Shown here one piece after another: positions 27,983 through 34,102 of a stretch of DNA of 34,102 nucleotides; within the stretch, counting starts at the first letter, position 1; each line of letters starts with the position of its first letter. The notes beneath the pieces are model-generated. The model saw only the letters and a list, made by a program, of their open reading frames with translations, made no database searches and had not been told where the DNA came from. Source of the stretch: an uncultured Bacillota bacterium (GTDB taxonomy: Bacteria; Bacillota_I; Bacilli_A; RF39; UBA660). The DNA lies in assembly GCA_900313725.1 (NCBI GenBank), contig OMSK01000030.1, positions 1 through 34,102 on the forward strand. Direction: 5' to 3'. The translations under genes and the position numbers were made by a program.

Positions 27983-29338
27983 ATGAATGTAGAACAACTA
28001 TGGAATTCATTTTTAGAAAAAATAAAAGGTAGAATTTCAAAAATTTCATATGATACTTGGTTTGCTGATTCAAAGTTAATTGAAATAAAAGATAATGTAG
28101 CAATTGTTTTAGTTTCAATGCATATTCAAAAGAAAAATCTAAAAGAAAATTACAACGATTTAATTGAAGAAGTATTTACAGAAGTATCCGGATCTAATTT
28201 TAAATTTAAATATGTTTTAGAAGAAGAATTAGAAAATAATATTGAAATTAATACTGATGTAATAGGGGTACCAAATAATAATTTTGAAACAAATCTTAAT
28301 TCTAAATATACATTTGATAATTTTATAGTAGGGGAAAGTAATAAATTTGCACATGCTACTGCTGTTGCCGTAGCAGAAAGCCCTGGTCAAATGTATAATC
28401 CATTATTTATATATGGAAGTAGTGGATTGGGAAAAACTCATTTAATGCACGCAATAGGTAATTATATTGTGGAAAATAAAAATAAAAGAGTTTTATATGT
28501 TACATGCGAAAAATTTGTTGAAGATTTTATAGGTACTACCAGAAAGAAAAATAAAAACAATAGTGAGAATTTTGATGTAGTAGAAATATTTAAAAAGAAA
28601 TATAGAGATATTGATGTATTAATAATAGATGATATTCAATATTTGGGAAATGCAAATCAAACTCAGCAAGAATTTTTTAATACATTTAACGATTTATATG
28701 GAAATAATAAACAAATAATAATTTCTTCTGATAGATCACCTGAAGATTTAAAATTATTGGAAGAAAGATTAATAACAAGATTTAACTGGGGAATAACTAC
28801 TATTATTTCTCCACCAGATTTTGAATTAAGAATGAATATAATAGACAACAAAATAGATAATAACATGCTAAATAATAGTTTTCCACAAGATGTTAAAGAA
28901 TATATTGCAAGTAATTGTACAAGTGATGTTAGAAAACTTGAAGGAGCTATAACAAGAGTAGTTGCTTATGCAACAATGATGAGTGGTTCAGATATTACAT
29001 TAGATTTAGCAATTGATGCTTTACAAGATTATTTTACAAAACCAATTATGAATAAAAATAAAATAGATCAAGTAATGCAAATAGTTTCTAACTACTATAA
29101 TATCAAAGTAGAAGATTTAAAAAGTAAAAAAAGAAAAAATGAAATTGCTTTTCCAAGACAAGTAGCAATGTATATTTGTAGAAATATTTTAGATGAGTCA
29201 TTAACTAAAATAGGAATAGAATTTGGTGGAAAAGATCATACTACAGTTATGCACTCAGTTAATAAAATAAGTAAACTAATTAAAGATGATAATAAGTTTG
29301 AAATGGAAATAAATAAATTAATTAATCAAATAAAATAG
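27983..29338 (+). CDS. dnaA: chromosomal replication initiator DnaA
   Basis: YTFDNFIVG, YNPLFIYGSSGLGKTHL, IDDIQ, FGGKDHTTVMH. Confidence 0.98.
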   Translation: MNVEQLWNSFLEKIKGRISKISYDTWFADSKLIEIKDNVAIVLVSMHIQKKNLKENYNDLIEEVFTEVSGSNFKFKYVLEEELENNIEINTDVIGVPNNNFETNLNSKYTFDNFIVGESNKFAHATAVAVAESPGQMYNPLFIYGSSGLGKTHLMHAIGNYIVENKNKRVLYVTCEKFVEDFIGTTRKKNKNNSENFDVVEIFKKKYRDIDVLIIDDIQYLGNANQTQQEFFNTFNDLYGNNKQIIISSDRSPEDLKLLEERLITRFNWGITTIISPPDFELRMNIIDNKIDNNMLNNSFPQDVKEYIASNCTSDVRKLEGAITRVVAYATMMSGSDITLDLAIDALQDYFTKPIMNKNKIDQVMQIVSNYYNIKVEDLKSKKRKNEIAFPRQVAMYICRNILDESLTKIGIEFGGKDHTTVMHSVNKISKLIKDDNKFEMEINKLINQIK

Positions 29339-29460
29339 TGGAAAAAAAATAATTATTAACTTTATTTAAATTATTAAAATTTGTTAAAATACAATATCTA
29401 AAAAAGTTTTCCACTTTTTCCACCTTAATAATAAAAATAATTAAAAAAATATAATATATA
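29337..29460. other. oriC downstream part (dnaA-dnaN): DnaA boxes, trio-like repeats and AT-rich unwinding element
   Basis: AGTGGAAAA 29337; tandem TTTTCCACT/TTTTCCACC 29407-29424 followed by TAA TAA TAA AAA TAA and an AT-only tract. Confidence 0.7.
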
Positions 29461-29488
29461 AATTTTAAATTTTGAGGGAGGTTATAAT

Positions 29489-30610
29489 ATGAAATTTGAA
29501 ATTAAACAAAATATATTAATTGAACATTTAAATTATGTAATAAAAGGAATATCTAGTAAAAATATAATTCCTGTACTTAATTGTATTAAATTTGAATTAA
29601 CTAACGATGGATTATATCTTATAAGTACTGATAATGATATCGCAATTAAAACTTTTATTAAGAAAGAAGATATTGAAAATATCGATAAATGTGGAGATAT
29701 ATTAGTATCAGGTAGATTTATATTTGATATAGTTAGAAAATTACCTAATACTATAATTAGTATTGAAGAAGTAATTGATAATAAAATAGTAATTAATACA
29801 GATAATTCATCATTTACATTAAATTGTAATAATCCTAGTGATTTTCCAATTATTGATTTAGAAGATAGTAAAACTCCTATTTCTATTAGTAAAAAAATAT
29901 TATCTAATATTATCAAACAGGTAAGTTTTGCTACTTCATCCCAAGAATCAAGACCAGTTCTTACAGGTATTAATTTTAAAATTAATGAAAATTTATTAGA
30001 ATGTACAGCTACTGATTCATATAGATTAGCAAAAAAGGTTATTGAATTAGAAGATAATGTTGGTGAAGAAGTAAACATAATAATTCCAACTAAAAATTTA
30101 ATAGAATTATCTAAATTATATCAATTAGATGATGAAAATATAGAAATGCATATATTTAATAATAAAGTTATTTTCAAATTTAATAATATAATATTTATGA
30201 GTAAATTAATAAATGGTAATTTTCCAGATACTTCTAAGTTAATACCAGAAGAATTTGAAACAATTGTAGAAGCAACTATTAATGATTATTATAATGCAAT
30301 AGATAGAGCATCATTACTTACTAGTGAGGAAGAAAAAAATATTATTAATTTAAAATTAGATAAAGAAAAAATGACAATTTCTTCAAATATTCCTGAAATA
30401 GGTAATGTAGAAGAAAATTTAATTGTTAAAAATAAAAAAGGAGAAAAAATTAATATTTCATTTTCATCAAAGTTTATGATGGATGCTATTAAATCATTTG
30501 AAAGTGAAGATATTGAAATATTATTTAATGGTGATATAAAACCAATTATAATTAAAAATCCTAATAGTGATGATTTAATTCAATTAATAGTACCTATTAG
30601 AACTTATTAA
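29489..30610 (+). CDS. dnaN: DNA polymerase III beta clamp
   Basis: SRPVLTGI, ATDSYRLA, GNFPD, LIVPIRTY. Confidence 0.97.
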   Translation: MKFEIKQNILIEHLNYVIKGISSKNIIPVLNCIKFELTNDGLYLISTDNDIAIKTFIKKEDIENIDKCGDILVSGRFIFDIVRKLPNTIISIEEVIDNKIVINTDNSSFTLNCNNPSDFPIIDLEDSKTPISISKKILSNIIKQVSFATSSQESRPVLTGINFKINENLLECTATDSYRLAKKVIELEDNVGEEVNIIIPTKNLIELSKLYQLDDENIEMHIFNNKVIFKFNNIIFMSKLINGNFPDTSKLIPEEFETIVEATINDYYNAIDRASLLTSEEEKNIINLKLDKEKMTISSNIPEIGNVEENLIVKNKKGEKINISFSSKFMMDAIKSFESEDIEILFNGDIKPIIIKNPNSDDLIQLIVPIRTY

Positions 30611-30635
30611 CAGTATAAAAAATACTGTTTTTTTT
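30609..30635 (+). terminator. intrinsic terminator after dnaN
   Basis: AACAGTAT-aaaaa-ATACTGTT followed by a T-run. Confidence 0.7.
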
Positions 30636-30728
30636 ATTTTTTTTATAAATCGACATAATTTGATAAAATTCGACAATATAAAAGAGTATAAGAATTATAA
30701 ATTTATTTGGGGGGGAGGTGGATTATTT

Positions 30729-31178
30729 ATGCTTGAATCATATGAAATTAATTATGATACATTAGCAATTATTCCAATTAATACAAGAATATCCAAAGTT
30801 ATTGAAAAAGATAAAAATTACATAGTTAATAAAAAATCAACAGAAATAATTGATGATAGTTGTAGATATTTTGGTAGTACTTTAAGTGGAAGACATGAAG
30901 CAACTAAAAATTTAATAGGTGTAAGTTATAAAAGTCCTATTATTATAGAAGAAACCAGAAATATTATATTTTTTCCAACAAGTTCTCCAAGATTTAATAA
31001 TTGTTATTGGATTGCTTTAAATAATATTAAAAGTAGTGAAAAATTAGATAATTTTTGTCAAATAATTTTTAATAATAATATTGAATTAGAATTAAATATT
31101 TCTTATGAATCATTACAAAATCAAATTCTAAGAGCAACTTTATTAGAATCTACATTAAAAAAAAGAATAAATTTATAA
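30729..31178 (+). CDS. comK: ComK-family competence transcription factor
   Basis: YEIN..TLAIIP, IIDDSCRYFGSTLSGR, YKSPIII, FFPTSSP..CYWI resemble ComK; ATG 30729 behind GGGAGGTG (ORF track start 30660). Confidence 0.8.
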   Translation: MLESYEINYDTLAIIPINTRISKVIEKDKNYIVNKKSTEIIDDSCRYFGSTLSGRHEATKNLIGVSYKSPIIIEETRNIIFFPTSSPRFNNCYWIALNNIKSSEKLDNFCQIIFNNNIELELNISYESLQNQILRATLLESTLKKRINL

Positions 31179-31330
31179 AAAAAAATGTCTTTTTTAGACT
31201 TTTTTTTATAATATTTCTATTTTTTTAGGTTTTTTTATGATATAATTATATAGGTGTATAGGAGTACTTAAAAATAAAAAAATTAAAATAAACACTATTA
31301 AAATAAAAATTATAAAAAAAGAGGAATTTT

Positions 31331-32425
31331 ATGTACATATCTAATTTGAAATTATCTAATTTTAGAAATTATAAAACTTTAAATATAAATTTAGATAAAA
31401 ATATAAATATTATAATTGGAAATAATGGTGAAGGTAAAACTAATTTACTTGAAAGTATTTATGTTTTAGGTTTAACAAAATCACATAGATCATTTATTGA
31501 TAATAATTTAATAAGAAATAATTGTGATAGTTGTAAAATAAAAGCTAAATTAAATAAAGATAATTATAAATCTGAATTAGAAATAATATTAGAAAATAAA
31601 AATAAAATTCTTAAAATTGATAAACAAATAATAAACAAAAATAGTGATTATATTTCAAATATGAATATTATAATTTTTTATCCAGAAGATTTGGAATTAA
31701 TTAAAGGATCTCCTGCGGCAAGAAGAAGATTTTTAAATTTAGAATTATCTCAATTAAATAGAAATTATCTAATTATATTAAATGATTATAATAAGTTATT
31801 AAAAATGAGAAATGATTATTTAAAAAATAATTATATTGATGAAAATTATTTAAATATATTAACTGATTATTTAATTGATAAGGCAATATCTATATATAAA
31901 ACTAGAAAAAAATTTATAGATAAATTAAATGATATAATTAATAATGTATATTTTGATATTGCTAAATTAAGTAATTTTAATATTAAATATAAAACTTCAA
32001 TAGAATTAGATAATTTAAATTATGAAGAATTAAAATCAAAATTAAAAAATAAATTTAAAGACGTTTATAATCAGGAAATAAAATTTAAAAACACTTTAAT
32101 AGGACCACATAGAGATGATTTAGAATTTTTTTTAGGTGATTTAAATTTAAAATTATATGGTTCGCAAGGACAACAAAGAGTAGCAGTTCTTTCATTAAAA
32201 ATAGGTGAAATAAATATTTTTAAAAAATATAAAGAACAAACACCAATATTATTATTAGATGATGTATTTAGTGAATTAGATCAAAAGAAAAAAAATAATT
32301 TATTAAAATATATAAATGATAATATACAAGTTATTATTACAACAACAGATGTTAAAAATATAAGTAAAAAAATATTAAAAGATGCAAATGTTATTAAAAT
32401 AAAAGAAGGAAAAATAGAGGAGTGA
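31331..32425 (+). CDS. recF: DNA replication/repair protein RecF
   Basis: [38 protein letters not shown]. Confidence 0.97.
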   Translation: MYISNLKLSNFRNYKTLNINLDKNINIIIGNNGEGKTNLLESIYVLGLTKSHRSFIDNNLIRNNCDSCKIKAKLNKDNYKSELEIILENKNKILKIDKQIINKNSDYISNMNIIIFYPEDLELIKGSPAARRRFLNLELSQLNRNYLIILNDYNKLLKMRNDYLKNNYIDENYLNILTDYLIDKAISIYKTRKKFIDKLNDIINNVYFDIAKLSNFNIKYKTSIELDNLNYEELKSKLKNKFKDVYNQEIKFKNTLIGPHRDDLEFFLGDLNLKLYGSQGQQRVAVLSLKIGEINIFKKYKEQTPILLLDDVFSELDQKKKNNLLKYINDNIQVIITTTDVKNISKKILKDANVIKIKEGKIEE

Positions 32426-32429
32426 AAAT

Positions 32430-34102
32430 ATGGCAGAAAAGATAGAACATTATGATTCATCTGATATTCAAGTTTTAGAAGGATTAGAAGCAGTTAGAAA
32501 AAGACCTGGTATGTATATAGGTACTACAGATGTAAAAGGATTACATCATTTAGTATGGGAAATAGTTGATAATGCGATTGATGAAGCTTTAGCAGGTTTT
32601 TGTGATAATATTGAAATAGTAATTAATAAAGATAATTCAATTACTGTAAAAGACAATGGTCGTGGTATACCAGTTGGAATTCATCCAAAAACAGGTATCT
32701 CAACAGTAGAAACAGTTTATACTGTATTACATGCTGGTGGAAAATTTGGTGGAGGAGGATATAAAGTATCCGGAGGTCTTCATGGAGTAGGTGCATCAGT
32801 TGTTAATGCATTATCAAGCTGGGTTACTGTAACAGTATATAAAGATGGTAAAGTATATGAAGCAAAATTTAAAAATGGTGGAAAAACTGAACAAAAATTA
32901 ACTGAAATAGATACATGTGAAGAAAATAGAACTGGAACAACTGTATCTTTTAAACCAGATCCTGAAATATTTGATACTGATATATATGATTATGAAACAT
33001 TAAAAGTAAGAACAAGAGAATTAGCTTTCTTAAATAAAGGTTTAAAATTAACTTTAAGAGATGATAGAGATAGTGAAGATACTACTGGTGATAGTTTCTG
33101 CTATGAAGGTGGTATTAGTGAATATGTTAAGTATATTAATAAAAATAAAACTCCTATTCATGAACAAATCATTCATTTAGAAGGAGAAGAAGATGGAATT
33201 ATGTTTGAAGTTGCTATGCAATATAATTCTGGTTATACTGATAACATATATTCATTTGTTAATAATATTAATACTCATGATGGTGGAACACATGAAGAAG
33301 GTGTAAGAAGAGCTCTTACTCGTATAATTAATACGTATGCTAAAAAAACTGGAATTTTAAAAGATAAAGATGATTCTTTACTTGGTGATGATGTTAAAGA
33401 AGGACTTACAATGATTGTTTCTTGTAAACATCCAAATCCTCAATTTGAAGGTCAAACTAAAGGAAGATTAGGTAATTCAGAAGTAAGAAAATTAGCTGAT
33501 AGTGTATTTTCTAAAGGATTTGAAAGATTTTTAATGGAAAATCCAGAAGAAGCAAAAATTATAGTAAATAAAGCAATGCTTGCTAGTAGAGCACGTAATG
33601 CAGCAAAAAAAGCTAGAGAAATAACTAGAAAAAGTGAAATGTCAACAACAAACTTTTTTGGTAAGTTATCAGATTGTAAGAGTAAAGATCCAAAAGTATC
33701 TGAAATATTTATAGTCGAAGGAGATTCAGCGGGTGGATCAGCTAAAAAGGGTAGAGATTCAATGACTCAAGCAATACTACCTTTAAGAGGAAAAATATTA
33801 AATGTAGAAAAGGCAAGACTAGATAGAGCATTAGGTAATGAAGAAATTAGAACAATTATTACTGCTTTTGGTACAGGAATAGGACAAGAATTTGATTTAT
33901 CAAAATTAAGATATGACAAAATTATAATAATGACCGATGCCGATGTTGATGGATCACATATTAGAATATTATTATTAACATTATTCTATAGATTCTTTAA
34001 ACCAATTGTTGAAGAAGGACATATATATGCTGCTCAACCACCTTTATTTAGAATAACACATGGTAAAACAAGAAAATATGTGTTAGATGAAGCAGAAAAA
34101 GA
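32430..34102 (+). CDS. gyrB: DNA gyrase subunit B (partial, runs off window; not in ORF track)
   Basis: [58 protein letters not shown]; follows recF. Confidence 0.96.
   Translation, partial: MAEKIEHYDSSDIQVLEGLEAVRKRPGMYIGTTDVKGLHHLVWEIVDNAIDEALAGFCDNIEIVINKDNSITVKDNGRGIPVGIHPKTGISTVETVYTVLHAGGKFGGGGYKVSGGLHGVGASVVNALSSWVTVTVYKDGKVYEAKFKNGGKTEQKLTEIDTCEENRTGTTVSFKPDPEIFDTDIYDYETLKVRTRELAFLNKGLKLTLRDDRDSEDTTGDSFCYEGGISEYVKYINKNKTPIHEQIIHLEGEEDGIMFEVAMQYNSGYTDNIYSFVNNINTHDGGTHEEGVRRALTRIINTYAKKTGILKDKDDSLLGDDVKEGLTMIVSCKHPNPQFEGQTKGRLGNSEVRKLADSVFSKGFERFLMENPEEAKIIVNKAMLASRARNAAKKAREITRKSEMSTTNFFGKLSDCKSKDPKVSEIFIVEGDSAGGSAKKGRDSMTQAILPLRGKILNVEKARLDRALGNEEIRTIITAFGTGIGQEFDLSKLRYDKIIIMTDADVDGSHIRILLLTLFYRFFKPIVEEGHIYAAQPPLFRITHGKTRKYVLDEAEK

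Noticed and set aside
275-30078. Short opposite-strand ORFs in the track (e.g. 275-487, 2672-2941, 9930-10214, 16080-16337, 24953-25210, 28663-28866, 29533-30078)
   Set aside because: They overlap well-supported genes on the other strand and show no family motifs
30619-31194. ComK-box halves AAAA-N5-TTTT at 30619-30631 and 31182-31194
   Set aside because: Single boxes coinciding with terminator hairpins; no properly spaced partner box; expected by chance at this AT content
1-34102. Mycoplasma genetic code 4 (TGA=Trp)
   Set aside because: Conserved genes are full length under code 11, Trp is encoded by TGG, and TGA falls at expected gene ends (recF, walJ)

Overview
Very AT-rich chromosomal origin region of a reduced-genome Bacillota (Bacilli-like) bacterium. 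It uses genetic code 11 (TGA ends recF, walJ and others); an RF39/UBA660-type lineage is my inference, not demonstrated. A bipartite oriC flanks dnaA (about 27680-27925 and 29337-29460). Genes left of it read on the minus strand: rpmH, rnpA, yidC, jag/eloR, mnmE, a degenerate Fic gene, mnmG, rsmG, noc-like, membrane protein, uvrB, yvlD, lgt, yvcK, whiA, rplI, dnaB, walJ, rlmH, phosphoketolase, a hypothetical/radical-SAM/NrtR operon, an atypical RNB nuclease, a GH73 hydrolase, a thioredoxin-like gene, an FAD oxidoreductase and tRNA-Leu. Genes to the right read on the plus strand: dnaA, dnaN, comK-like, recF, gyrB (partial). The most striking locus is the Noc-like ParB-family gene. It lacks the N-terminal membrane helix and carries a long disordered insertion with 11 FNPF motifs between its DNA-binding and C-terminal domains. 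It also has a strong in-frame internal RBS/ATG at the start of that insertion, and a perfect Noc-binding palindrome (TATTTCCCGGGAAATA) abuts its own promoter about 7 kb from oriC, while no soj/spo0J genes or parS site were seen. Also notable: ComK sits in the usual yaaA slot with Spo0A-box-like repeats upstream, and an insulated NrtR/radical-SAM operon has a palindrome-rich promoter.
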